Assembly: GCF_016432865.1 (NCBI RefSeq)
Contig: NC_067400.1
Location: 629,362,001-629,426,000, forward strand
Reading direction: 5' to 3'
Origin: Antechinus flavipes
Taxonomy: Eukaryota
Length of the DNA: 64,000 nt
Shown here in pieces: positions 47,315-59,899 of this stretch. The position numbers and the translations under genes were made by a program. Position 1 is the stretch's first letter. Every line of letters starts with the position of its first letter. Under the pieces are notes generated by a model. The model was not told the origin of the DNA. It worked only from the letters and a program-made list of their open reading frames with translations, and did no database searches.

Positions 47315-47614
47315 AAACACTGGGAAATGAACGTAAACTGTTTGCACTTTTGTTGTGCTTCCCAGGTTATTTTTTACCTTCTAAATCCAATTCTTCCTGT
47401 GCAATAAGAGAACTGTTCGGTTCTGCACACATATATTGTATCTAGGCTACCCGGTGACACATTCAACATGTATAGGACTGCTTGCCACCTGGGGGAGGGG
47501 GTGAAGGGAGAGAGGGGAAAAATCAGAACAGAAGTGAGTGCAAGGGATAATGTTGTAAAAAAAATTACCTAGGCATGGGTTCTATCAATAAAAAGTTATA
47601 ATTTAAAAAAAAAA
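47315..47614 (+). mobile_element. Young 5'-truncated L1 (300 bp) with 15-bp TSD
   Basis: Perfect TSD AAGAAAAGTCTTTCC at 47300-47314 and 47615-47629. AATAAA and an A-tail are present. Same family as 34045-34339. Confidence 0.9.
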
Positions 47615-48778
47615 AAGAAAAGTCTTTCCTCAATAATCCTCTCTTTGCATCATGTAGCTTCTTTACTGGCCTCCTTATAGAGACATGAACCTTCCCACCT
47701 TTAGCTGATCCAGAGATGCCATTAAGACAATGATAAAAAGTCCCCAATCCTCCAGATCTTTCAAAGCTCACAAGGTCCTTCTCCAGCCAAAAGGGAAGAA
47801 AGAAACCCAGCTTAAGGCTAGTGCTGTAATCTCTTCTCCCTCACATTAAACTGATTCCACTCTTTCGAATAGTTCCAGTTATAAACTAGCTTGACACATT
47901 ATACATGACTCGTAAGGCAGGACTAAGTTTCAGGCAAACCAAAGGTGATTCCTTTGGAGGAATAGAAGTTCCAAGGACTTTTACACTTAATCTAAAGCTC
48001 ACATTTTGATTGGAGAAACAACACAGAGATTTCATGCAAGATGAATGGAAAAGTCTCACGGCCTTGAGGGGCAGTGGCAAAGCAGATGGTTTTGTGTCTT
48101 CGTTAAAGTCATTCCCACTGATAAAATTCCATCAGTTTTTGCTTTTGATCCATTGGAGAGGGCCAAGGATTTTGGTGAGGACTTCCTTTTCTGGGTCTTT
48201 AGTAGAGGTGGCTGTAGTACTCACAGTAGCTGTAGTCAGGCTGCATCTCCCTGAGCAGTGTTTCCCAAGATAATGGCTGAGGTCATTGGGGAAAGTGCCA
48301 TTCCCCAAGCTCTTGGAAGCATTGCCATTCCCAAAGCTCTTGAGTTTAGATTCCTGAGTCATGGTCTGAGAGGACATGATGGTCAAGGTTGGGGTTGAAG
48401 TCTGTCATGGCTGGAACGTGACCCTTCCTAGCCTTAACTTAGTCGGGGTGCCCTGCTTCTTTGGATACTGCAGACAATTGAGTATGGAATGAATTGTTTG
48501 TGACTATTCAAAGTGGGGGTGGGGGAAAGATCCAAACTACTCTCAGGTAGATTTATGTGGTCTCTTTCTGCTACTTCAGTGATTTTGCATAATGGGAAAG
48601 GAGGCCGAATAGTCTAAGAATCAGAGGTAGTCTATAAACATCGATTTACCTATTGCTCCTCTCACTGTGAGATCCTTCTCCAATAATGTATGACCAAGGC
48701 CAGGATTTGCCTATCTTGTGTTTGGCAGTTGGTTGGCCATTGTGGAAATGGCTGGTCCCTTCGTAAGAGTTACTTTCC

Positions 48779-49914
48779 CTATTATTGTTCTGTAAGAAAT
48801 GACCAGCAGGATGAATACAGAGAGGCTTGGAGAGACTTACATGAATTGATGCTAAGTGAAATGAGCAGAACCAAGAGATCATTATATACTTCAACAACAA
48901 TACTGTATTGTTATGAGTTCAAATGTTGGAGTTCCTGTTCTTCTCAAGGCAAAGCCGGTTTAGAGGTTTGGAGCCCTTCGGATGTCTCCAAATCCAAAGG
49001 TTCTGTCCTTCAGCCTCTGCCTCTGCTTTCTTCTGCCTCCAACCAAGACAGAGATGGAAGGTCTCTCTTATCTCCTTCTGGGGAGCCCAGCCACCAACCT
49101 GCCGCGGAGAGAGGGCTTCTGGCGTAGCTCCACTGAAATCCGTCAAAGTGTTCTCTGCACCAGAGTCGTTCCTCTCGAGTCCAGCGCGATCAGCCAGCCA
49201 AGAGGAAAAAATGTATTCTGCCATAGATCCCTCATCGCTGGCCTTTTATCTGCCTCTTCTGAGAGAATGGGATTATGGGTTTTCTCCCATAGTGCTCTCT
49301 GGCCCAATGAGCTTTAAGGGAGGTGTGGACTCCCTTGAAGTTAGAAAGTGTACTTTGTGAAGCTAGCATATTTGTGGACTCCAATGAGTAAAGGTGTGAA
49401 CACAAGCCTTGTATTGATTAGTTCTACTTAGTACCTTGTTTCAGGTTCTGGCCAAAACATCTTCTTGTAAGATTAGATCAACTCTAATTACTTAGCAGTT
49501 AGTAAGGATTCCAACACTGTATGAAGATGTGTTCTGATGGAAGTGGATTTCTTTGACAGAGAGATCTAATTGAATTCCAACTGATCAATGATGGACAGAA
49601 GCAGCTACACCCAAAGAAATGAATGTAAACTGTTTGCATTTTTGCTTTTCTACCCAAGTTATTTCTACCTTCTGAACCCAACTCTCCCTGTGCAATGAGA
49701 GATCTGTTCGGTTTTGCACACATATATTGTATCTAGGATATACTGCGACATATTGAACATATATAGGACTGTTTGCCATTTGGGGGAGGGGGTGGAGGGA
49801 GGGAGGAGGGGAAAAATCGGAACAGAAGTGAGTGCAAGGGATAATGTTGTAAAAAATTACCCTGGCATGGGTTCTTTCAATAAAAAGTGATTAAAAAAAC
49901 AAAACAAAAAAAAA
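48779..49914 (+). mobile_element. 5'-truncated L1 with ~14-bp TSD, interrupted by a solo LTR
   Basis: TSD AAGAGTTACTTTCC (48765-48778) / AAGAGTTACTTTTCC (49916-49930). L1 ORF2 end (RNDQQDEYREAWRDLHELMLSEMSRTKRSLYT) and an A-rich tail. Confidence 0.85.
48909..49516 (-). mobile_element. ERV solo LTR (608 bp) with 6-bp TSD
   Basis: TG...CA termini and a perfect TSD CTGTAT at 48903-48908 and 49517-49522. The host L1 text resumes exactly after it. Confidence 0.9.
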
Positions 49915-50461
49915 TAAGAGTTACTTTTCCAGATGGAGGCTGGAAAGAGAGTCTGCAGTATATAGGATACTGCTAAGTTCAGGGTTCCTGTGTCTACATG
50001 ACTGCTGATGAGAATTGGTCAGCAGTTATTGACCAGTTTGATGAGGACCGTGGCTTCCTTTTTGCTGGATGCAGATCTGTAGTTTGGACATTGCTCTTGC
50101 GGAGGCTTTTGGCTCAGAATCTTATGCTGTTCTCATCAGGGTCTGTGGGAAGATGGCGGTCAAGGAGTTTGACTTGTCTGGTACATGATGCTTCCTGTCT
50201 TTCTTTTAGGGTGCTTCAGCTAGCCTGGCTTGGCGATATTATTGGCTTTCCATGTTCTAATGTGAAGAAGAATCTATTGGACTTTGATAATCTCAAAGTT
50301 GGTTTTCCATGGTGAGTCCTAGAGTTCTCTCTGCTCACACAGAGCAGAATCGGGAGCAAAGGCTGCTTGATGTCAAGGACTACCAAACCATGAGAGCTGC
50401 TGCCCTAAAGTGGGATGGAATACCTTGACTCATTATGCTATCTGAGGTCTATAAAACCCCA

Positions 50462-51250
50462 TTAAAATTTTTTAATAGCTTTTTATTTACAAGTTATATG
50501 CATGGGTAATTTTATAGCATTGACAATTCGCGTTCCAATTTTTCCCCTCCTTCCCCTCCCCCCCTCCCCCAGATGGCAGGACAACCAATACATGTTAAAC
50601 ATGTTAAAGTATAAATTAAATACAAAATAAATATATATGTCCAAACAGTTATTTTGCTGTACAAAAAGAATCAGACTCTGAAATAGTATACAATTAGCCT
50701 GTGAAGGAAATCAAAAATGCAGGCGAATAAAAATAGAGGGATTGGGAATTCTGCGTAGTGGTTCAGTTCATTACTGCTCCGTTGGAACTGTTTTGGTTCA
50801 TATCATTGCCAAAGATAGCCAGATCCATCAGAATTGATCATCATATAGTATTGTTGTTGAACTATATAATGATCTCTTGCTCCTGCTCATTTCACTCAGC
50901 ATCAGTTCCTATAAGTATCTCCAGGCCTTTCTGAAATCATCCTGTTGGTCATTTCTTACCGAACAATAATATTCCATATTATTCCTATACCACAATTTAT
51001 TCAGCCATTGTCCAATTGATGGGCATCCACTCAGTTTCCGGCCACTACAAAGAGGGCTGCCACAAATATTGTTGCACATACAGGTCCCTTTCCCTTCTTT
51101 AAGATCTCTTTGGGACATAAGCTCAGTAGTAGCACTGCTGGATCAAAGGGGATGCAGAGTTTGATAACTTTTTGAGCATAGTTCCAAATCGCTCTCCAGA
51201 ATGGCTGGATGTATTCACAATTCCACCAACAATGTATTAGTATCCCTGTA
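50462..51250 (-). mobile_element. L1 3' fragment
   Basis: Begins TTTTTAATAGCTTTTTATTTACAAGTTATATGCATGGGTAA. Reverse ORFs give L1 ORF2 C-terminal peptides (WNYAQKVIKLCIPFDPAVLLL). Confidence 0.85.
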
Positions 51251-52945
51251 AAACCCCATTCTTGTAGAAACATCATAGTGGAGGCTACTTTGCTCTAAGA
51301 GTTGAACAAAAGATGAACCAGGCTTAAATCTCAGCTGTCATTTTCTACTCGTGTGACTGTGAGCATCAGCTCATTTATTCATCGGCTCATTTATTTACAA
51401 ATTCATCAAACAAGCCTTTATTAAATGTCACTATAAATTAGGCACTGGTGCATAAAAGTGAGGCAGCTCCTTCCTTCTGGGAAATTCCAGTCTATTGATG
51501 CCTCAGTTTCCTTATTTGTAAAATGATAAGGGAGAGGAAATAGGGCTAATCTCTGAGATCACTACCAGCACCCTGTCTGGGTCTGCGGTCTCAATTTAAT
51601 CTGCTGTGAGGTGGAGGGTGAGGCAGGTCAAATCCTGATCTCTAAACCCAAAGAAAGCCGGGAATCTTGCTCTCGAGGACGTCGGTTACCCCCACTTTCT
51701 GGGAGTGTCCAGGAATGTCCCGCCACCCGATTCCCCCTCCAGCAGCGGATCCTCCAGAAGCAACTGTATTTACACGGTATGGGCGAGTACCGGAACAGCT
51801 TAGCCTGGAGGCTGAGCGACACTCCCGCTAGGGATCATAGAGAGGAGAGGAGGATAGAGAGGATGGGAGGGGGGTGGGTGGAGAACAGAGAGGGTGGGGC
51901 ACAGAGATCCTGGCTTCAAAGTAAACGGGAGAAATGGCTGCTGTCCTACCTTAGGACAAGGAGAGCCTTTAAAGATTAATATAGCTAGGGGATGGGGGAG
52001 AGGAGGGAGGAGGAAGGAGACTTCGGGGACGATTAGGAGGGGCTTGAGGGACCCTGGAGGACTCAACCTCAGCATGAACATCATCCCCGCCCTCAAAAAA
52101 CTCACGGTTGAATGGAGGGGGAAAGCAGAGAAACTTGGAGGGGAGACGGACAAGTTGGGTAAGGAGTGACCAGAAGGGAAGAAAAGTCAGAGAGGTCAGT
52201 CCAGCTGAGGTGGGAGGAGGCTTTTTAAGTTGATGGGAGCAAAGAAGGGGGAGGTGGGCTGTGTTCTGAGTTCTGAAGGAAGAGCGAAAGGACAATCTTG
52301 GGATCAAGGATCATGGATGTAGAGCTAGAAGGGGCTTTTAGAGGTCGTCTGCCGGGACACTCGTTTTGTGTGTTTTAGAGAGGTTACATGATTTCTTTGA
52401 AGGCATTGATAAGTAACAGCTTCAGGATTCAGAGCATCTGACTGAATCAAGATTTTCTTTCCCATTACCCGTCCATAGACAGATCATGGGAAAAAGTTCC
52501 TTGAAAGCAAGGATTCCTTGTTTTTGGCTATACATCCCCAGCTCCAGCATACAGCAAACTGCGGGGTACATAAGTACCATGAGTACTTAATACTCATTGG
52601 ACTGATTTTAATTGAGGGATGACACGAAATCAAAGCATGGAAATAACACTAGACATGATGGACAATGGAAGAAAGCACCAGTTGCCTAATTTGACTGAGT
52701 CTACAAGATGTGAGGAGAGCTACATTGAAATAAAGGTGGGGAACTCATATACTGATTGTAGGGAGCCTCAAATGTCAGGAACAGGGATTTATATTTTACC
52801 TTGTAAGTCACGGAATGCCACTGAAACATTTGTGAATACAGAAATGATGTAACCATAATGCCACACTCAGAAAGAATGGATGAAAGCGCATTTATCCAGC
52901 ACATACTATGTGTCAGAATGCAAATACAAAAGCAAAGACACTTTG

Positions 52946-53606
52946 TGTAATATTCTTCTCTGAAATGTAATATTACCTGGGAGCAGGTTTCTTGGGGTCT
53001 CTGGAGGCAGCCTTCATTTCATTTCAGCAATCACCCCAAATGCAGCCAGGTATTAAAGTCCAAATCTTTTAGTGTCTCTTTCCAAGTCTTGTCTCCTTTC
53101 CTGTGACCCAGTTAGCTTTCTTAGAGGCCTATCTCTCTCTCCTTGGTTCCGAGAGTTTAAGCTTCTGCTGCCAAAGCTTTGTCTTCTCTGCTTCTGCCAG
53201 CTTCTTGAGGTCCTCCTGAATGTGTCTTGGTTTCAGCCTGCCACCACTTCTCTGGTCTTCCCTCATTCTCCCTGACTGCCTTCTCTGGCTTCTGAATCTC
53301 CCCAATTGAGTCCTGGCTGAGGCTGCAAGAACTTCTAGTGTGCTTGTCCCTTCTGGCCCTGAGAGCTTCTTGCTTATATGCCCCACACTGCGTATATACC
53401 AATCATTATATCACTAGGAAACCGTTATTTGTTTAACCACTTTAAACATTTAACCACTGTTTCCTCAATTCCACTTAGTGCCTTGTTTCAAGTTCTGGCC
53501 CGTAATATCTCCTTGTAGCATGAAATCAATCATACTGAACCATGCTAAATTAGATAACTATTGTCTATCAATTCCATTGACTTAATACCTTGTAATAATC
53601 CTAACA
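52946..53606 (-). mobile_element. ERV solo LTR (~660 bp)
   Basis: TG...CA termini. Probable 6-bp TSD ACTTTG/ACTTTC (one mismatch). TATA-like motif on the minus strand. Collinear with 11625-12096. Confidence 0.8.
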
Positions 53607-53949
53607 ACTTTCTGCCCTCAAAGAGTTATGTACAAATGAAAAGAGCACCAATTCAGAATCTAAGGCCTGTCCTGGTTGTGGGACCTCAGGCCAACCATAC
53701 TCTATGCCTCAGTTTCCACTTCTTGTTGTCCTTTGTTCTCGAAGAGGACCAAAATGATCTCACTATGTTAGAACCAAATTGCTGTTGTCCAACTGTGGCT
53801 GATCAGACAAGCTTGGAATGCTTGGCCACAGGGCGGACACAAATAGTCCCTATGAACACTTGTGGGGCAGGGGGGCTTCTCTACTTTTGTGTATCTTACA
53901 TTTCTTCTAAGCTAAATGAATTCTACTTTGCTTGTGGAGCACAGTACCT

Positions 53950-54400
53950 TCTCTGTTAAGGGTACGCTATGCTGGGCGGTTCCACGCCGGGCTTTCCCAT
54001 GTCATACAATTGATTCTAACGTTCTTCAGAGCGACAGTGTCCTTGTATTGTTTTTTTCTGCCCATCTCGTGAGCGTTTGCCCTGTGAGATTTCTCCATAA
54101 AATAAATTTGTTTGGCAAATACACACTTGGCAATAGAACACTGTGACCAGCCCAACAGAGCTGGGCCCTCTACAGTAGAGTGGGAACACTTGGCAGTTTA
54201 GCTCAAGAGAAGACCTCAGTGTCTGGGACCTTAGGCTGCCAGGGGATCTCCAGAATCTTCCTAAGACAATTCCATGGCAGCGATTCAGTTTCCCGATGTG
54301 CTGGTGGCTGGTGCAGGTTTCCCAGTCATACAACAATGAGGTCAGCCCAAAGGCTCTGTAGGCTTCCATTTAGGAATCAATATTAACTTGTGCTCTCTGA
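53950..54400 (-). mobile_element. RTE LINE 3' remnant
   Basis: Reverse peptides YRAFGLTSLLYDWET, LFYGEISQGKRSRDGQKK and QYKDT...TWES are RTE RT C-terminal motifs. Confidence 0.8.
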
Positions 54401-56449
54401 CACTTTCCAGCAGAGCGTCCAAAACACCGAACTCCACCGATCTAACTCTGGCAATGGGGTGAAGGGACGTGCAGGGAAAACTAGTACTTCTGGTGTGAAG
54501 GCTGCTGAGTCTTTTACAGGGCTGCTTTCTACCTTCCGCTTCTGTAAAAAGAAAGGATCGGGCTCGCTCTCTAAGGCCTTCCATCTTCAAGTTCTATGTT
54601 CTTCTAAGATGATCCAGAGCGTGGAGTTGGATGGAAAAGCTTTGAAAGGTTCACTATCGTCGAGCAAAATGCCTCGTATTTAATAAATACTGATTATTGA
54701 TTCCCAGTGCTTAACTGGAAGCTCCCCATTAGCAATATAGAAGTGTTTGTTTGGAAGAACTGCACGGGTTTAACCTATAAGGGACTGCTTGCTGTCTTGG
54801 GGAAGGGGAGGAAGGTTCGGCAAAGGCGAATGTTGAAAACTATCTTTGCATGTATTAGGAAAAATAAAATACTATTAAAATTTTAAAAGTCACCCAGAAT
54901 TCCCCGGGTTACTCTTCCAGAGTTCTAACTGGGAGAGACTCCACATTCTGCTCAGTGGCAGGCCCAGGAACCCTTTGGGCAGGCTCCCGGAAAGGAAGCT
55001 AGGGCTGCAAACCAGTGGATTCCCCTCCAGCTTCTATCGTGGGCGAGGGGGCAGGCAGGGAACATTCTAGGCAATCAGGAGAGAGGCTAGTGGGGGAGAC
55101 AGGAGTTTTGGAGCCTTCCTCAGGCTCTGGCAAGGATGGAGAGACCAGGATAAAACAAGGGGAGCGGGGGAACAAAGCAGTGGGCAGAGAGAAGAGAGGA
55201 TAGGGAGACCCCAGACAGGAAACTGGGGAGATACTACCTGAGCCGGCATTATACTTGTGAATTAGGGGAGGAATCCCTTGGGGGTGGGAAGGATTTAACC
55301 ACAAAGGTCTTTCTCGTAGGAGCTGAGTAGCCACTGCGGGAATAGAAAGCTGGGCAGGCCATTTAGGCAGAAAGCCATCCAAGTTGGGCAGGCCGGTTAG
55401 CTAGACGATGGATTTAGCGGGACAGAGGGTGGGGACACCCAAGGGAGAGGCCAGCTCCTCGCACACAGAGCTGGATCAGGTGTAGAATGGAGTAGGGGTA
55501 GGACCCAAGAAGCACAGGAGCTGAGAGAGCCGGGGCTCCATGGGAGCAGAAGGAAAAGAAGGCCGAGTTTGAATTGGGGGTGGGGTGGGGGGTGTCTCAG
55601 CTTCCTCCTCTGCTATCCAGGCCGGCTGCTCCCCCCTGGCACTTAGCAAGAGTACTCTTCACGCCTCGGGACCCCCGGCCTATGGGAGAACATCCTGGAG
55701 ATGGGCTGCACAGAGAAGGAGACACGATGAGGAAGGTTTGGGGGGGAGGCGGAGTTTGGAAGGGACACAGCAGAAACTCTAAGAAAGTACAGGGTGGGCA
55801 GGGGGCAGAGTAGGGGGCCTAGGGAGGAGAGAGTGCCCTTGGGACTGAGGGGAAGCTCTGGGTGACGGCGCAGACAAAGGCTCTGATCTTGGGGGACTTC
55901 TGGGGGAGCCCTGGAATCCCCCTGAGCAGAGCTATGCAGGCAGGTGAGGGTGTAAGGAAGGCAGGTCTCGGGGAGACATTAAGCCGTCTGTCTCGCGGCT
56001 GTCCCAGGGCCAGCTTTGTGTCCAGGCCCCGGAGGCCCCTGTCCAGAGCGGCCTCTCCCCAAGCCAGACCCTTCGGCCTCTGGGCCGGTGCCATTGGCTG
56101 TACCCCGTGTTGGAGGGCGCGCCGGGCCAGGAGCCGAGGGCCGGCAGGGCCGCAGAAGGTCCGGCTCCCAGCTCGAGGCTGCGGTCCGCGGGACGGCCTC
56201 GGGGAGCCCTGCGCCAGCCTGGGGGCTGCCGGGGCCGGGGGGAGCCGAGCCCCGTTTCCTGCCCCGGGCGGCGGCGGCCCGAGGCGGGGCTTGGCGCCCG
56301 TGCCGGGACTGCACCATCTGGAGGCCCCGGCCAGCCTTAGGTCAGGGGCGAGGGGAGGCGGCAGAATCTGGGGAGGAGTCTGGTCAGCTAAGGCGTTTGG
56401 CCGCGGGACCTCTCAGCCCCCCGAATCCTCGCGAGGAGGGGGACCCTAG

Positions 56450-56770
56450 TCCCAAGTTTGCCTCCTCACAACTAACGCTCCTGGGCTTGACGTCATCGGT
56501 TTGCGGGCGGGACCAAAGCGCGCAGGCGCACGGTGCGGGGTGCGGGAGGTGGGAGAGACCCTCCCGGGCCCTCGGAACCTTCCTCCCGCGGACGCGGCTT
56601 CCGGCCGGAGCTCTTCCGGTAGCCCGCGCCCCGCCCCCTCGCTAGCTCCCTCCCGCCGCCCCCCTCGTTCATCCGCGCCCCCTCCCATCCCCCTGACGCC
56701 GCCAGACCCGGGGGGGGCGGCCAGGTCTGGACCTCGGACCCCGGCCTAGGGCCGCTGCACCGAGTAGGGC
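56450..56770 (+). promoter_or_regulatory. ZNF581 CpG-island promoter / probable exon 1
   Basis: Full CRE TGACGTCA at 56488-56495, NRF1-like GCGCAGGCGC and two ETS CTTCCGG. The coding-exon acceptor is CTCTCTGCAG| at 57680/57681. Confidence 0.65.
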
Positions 56771-56829
56771 GCCGGGCATCGAGAAGGCGGGCGGGCCTAG
56801 AGGGGCCAATGGGGGGAAGGAAGGAGCCG

Positions 56830-57240
56830 GGGTGGGGTAGAGAGGGGCGGGGCCGAGGAGCCCTGGGGGAGGGGGGTCTTGAGGGATAGAGAAGGCGGGA
56901 CTAAAGAGGGGAGCCCTGGGGGAGGAAGGGGGCGGGGTTAGGGAGGGCTGGGGCAGGGGAGCCCTGGGGGACAAAGGGGGAGGGACTAAAAGGGGAGCCC
57001 TGGGGGTGGAGGGGGCGGGGCTAAGAAGGGGAACCCTAGGGACAGAGGGGGCGGGGCTAAGAAGGGGAGCCCTGGGGATAGAGGGGGTGGGGCTAGGGAG
57101 ATCTGGGGGAGGGGAACCCTGGGGACGAAGGGGCGGGGCTAAGAGCTGTGGGGGAGGGGACCCTAGGGGATAGAGAGAACTTGGGGTGAAGGGGCAGGCT
57201 AGGAAAGTACAGGGTTGAGAGGGTCGGGGCTGGGGAGGGG
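56830..57240 (+). repeat. Degenerate ~36-bp G-rich tandem array (GAGGGGGCGGGGCTAAGAAGGGGAGCCCTGGGGA)
   Basis: GC-box-containing units recur, e.g. at ~57011, 57047 and 57083. Confidence 0.75.
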
Positions 57241-57732
57241 GTATAAAGGAGAACGAACCCTCGGACCCTCATTAGGCAGGTGAGGGGCATGTCCAGGTGT
57301 GAGAGTAGAGGCCCTGCTAGGGTTGGAAGGGGGCAGGGCAGGGAGGCGCTGGGGGAGGAGGGGTGATTGGCTCTGGGGAGTTCAGGCTCCCTAGGTTGGT
57401 TCCCATTGCCCCTGGGCTAAACGCTGTGGGACCTTGGAGAGAATCCTTACCATCTCTGGGTCCCGGTGTCCTCGTCTGAAGGTCAGGGGGACTGAGCCAG
57501 ATGAACGTCTGGTCCCTCTGGTCCTAAGCCAGCAAGGCCCCGGGGAGGGGGAGTCCAGAGTAGGGGGGGTGGGGGGAGGACCAGGGCCAGGCTGACTCAA
57601 GTCCCCTGCAGAAGGAAGGGCCCAGAAGACATGAGGAGGCCGAGGGGGCCCTGAGACGGACGGCCATTCTCTCTCTGCAGGTCCTCCTTCTGCGGATGTA
57701 GCTGCCGCTAGCCCTTGCCATCCTCCTGGGCG

Positions 57733-58272
57733 ATGGCCATGGAACCTCCTCCCCCCCAGGCGTCTCCCTCCCCAGAACCGGGCCCCTCGTCCACCCCCGA
57801 GGCTCCCGGACAGCCGCCCAGGCTGGGCCGATACCTCCTCATTGACACGCAGGGTGTTCCCTACACGGTGCTGGTGGAAGAGGAGGCCGAGACCCCCACG
57901 GGGGAGGTGGCGGTGGGCTCCAGCTCCCGAAAGTGCTACAGCTGCCCCGTGTGTTCCCGAGTCTTCGAGTACTTGTCCTACCTTCAGAGACACAGCGTCT
58001 CCCACTCGGAGCTCAAGCCCTTCATCTGCGCGGTCTGCGGGAAAGCCTTCAAGCGCGCCAGCCACCTGGCCCGCCACCGGTCCACACACAGGGTCGGGGG
58101 CGGCCGGCCCCACGCCTGTCCCCTGTGTCCCCGAAGATTCCGGGACGCGGGGGAGCTGGCCCAGCACAGCCGAGTCCACTCGGGCGAGCGACCCTTCCAG
58201 TGCCCTCACTGCCCTCGGCGCTTCAGTGAGAGAAATACCCTGCAGAGACACACTCGGAGGAAGCATCCGTGA
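57733..58272 (+). CDS. ZNF581: Zinc finger protein 581 (4 C2H2 fingers), 179 aa (177 from the second ATG)
   Basis: The track start at 57715 is TTG. The first ATG is 57733 and a strong GCCATGG lies at 57739. [35 protein letters not shown] and CPHCPRRF...KHP* match human ZNF581 as recalled. AATAAA at 58854-58859. Confidence 0.94.
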   Translation: MAMEPPPPQASPSPEPGPSSTPEAPGQPPRLGRYLLIDTQGVPYTVLVEEEAETPTGEVAVGSSSRKCYSCPVCSRVFEYLSYLQRHSVSHSELKPFICAVCGKAFKRASHLARHRSTHRVGGGRPHACPLCPRRFRDAGELAQHSRVHSGERPFQCPHCPRRFSERNTLQRHTRRKHP

Positions 58273-59899
58273 CAGGGGTCTGCAAAGCCTGGCTGTGTCC
58301 CCGCGGGGGCCCCTACCAGGGGAAAGGACCAGAGAGCTGGGGCCCGGATAATCCCCCTCAAGTTCAGGGCCGAGGGGCGGGACCTCTGCACGGAGACCAA
58401 CCGAGAGCTCCGAGGCTGGAATCCTGGCTCCGGGCCACTTTCCTCCCTTCTGCCATGAGGGCCTTGGACTAAGGTGACCTCTAAAGTCCCTTCCAGCTCC
58501 AGCTTGCTGGACACGGGCGCAGCTCCCGGCCTCGGAGGCGCCTCTTCGAGGGGGTGGCCGGCCCTTCCTTTCTCAGAGGAAGTACTTGGCGTGTGGGAAG
58601 AATCTGAGCAGCCGCCCCACTTGGCTGTAGGTCTTCTGGTGGCCATTTGTGGAGGGGCTGAAGAGCTAGGGGAGCCTCCATCCCATCCCCACTCCCACCT
58701 GGGAGAGCTCTGGGCTGCCAGGTCCCAAAGCAGCTGGGGATCCCCTAGAACTGCCCTGGGGGCAGATGGGGATGTCTCCTCTCTTTTTGTAGGCCGGGCC
58801 TTGTGGTGGGAAAGGCCCCATCCGGACCCGAAGGGCTGTAAACCAATGAGCAGAATAAATGCAAAGAGTTTTCAGTGAGGAGACTCGAGATTGGTGTTTG
58901 ACCAAATCTTTCTGATGGGTGGTCCCTCCCGAGCCCCTCGGCAGCCCCGCTGTGGGGCCCTCCTGGCTCTGCTCCTTGGGAAGGGCTCCTCTTTCCCCCG
59001 GCTTTAACCTGAGGGCTTCCAGTGGATAGGATGCTAGTGAATGGAAGAATTGGGGAGGGGGTTGGGCCAGATCTAAAGTTCATCCTTCTGTGTGGGTAAG
59101 CCTCTTTGGTGGACGTTTGGGACGGGCTTCGGGGCTGGGTTCAAGCTGCCTTAATAGCTTTCCCGAGCTCTTCCCTGGGGGCAGCTCTTTGACCGCTGGA
59201 TTTGGAGTCGGAATTGGGGTTCAAAACTCCATCCCCCAGATAGTCACATCTCTCTATTTTGGAATAAAAGAACAAGGGAACGTGCATTTAGTAGGTGCTC
59301 CCTCCAGGCCACACACTATGCTCTGGGCCTAATGACACAACGGGGTGGAGGGGAACAGACGCAGGCTCCCCTTCCAGAAATGTGCCGCTGAGTGGGTCAC
59401 GGGTCCAGGGCTGGGGGGGAGGGGGTGCCCCATCAGTAAGTGGGCCAGTGGCGCCCTGGGAGGGAGAGAGCGGCGCAGCCCGGGGACAAGGGCGAACCTC
59501 TTGGGGCTTAGATGGACCCACCTGCGGGGCTTGAGGTAGGATGGGGCAGTGAAAGGCGCCACCTCTGGAGTTGGGGTTCCCATGTCGCCAGTAAGGCGAT
59601 TGTGTGCCCTATGACCTTGAGACAAGTCTCCTCCCCTTTCTGGGCCTCAGTTTCTCGTCTGTAAAATGGGGGAGATGGACATAAAGCTCCGAGGTTGGGT
59701 CGCAACCACCAGAACCCTAAAGCCCATTTGGAGAGAAGTAGGGAGGGGATGTGAGATATCTGGACGTTTCATGGAGTCCCAGAATTTTCCTGCGGCCCCT
59801 GGCTACGGCTCCTCCCTCCCTTCCCCCTCCACTCCCCCGTCCTTTCGGGAGGTCACGGCTTCAGGAATTTGCCGAAGGTCCCTGCCCGCCCTGGGCAGT

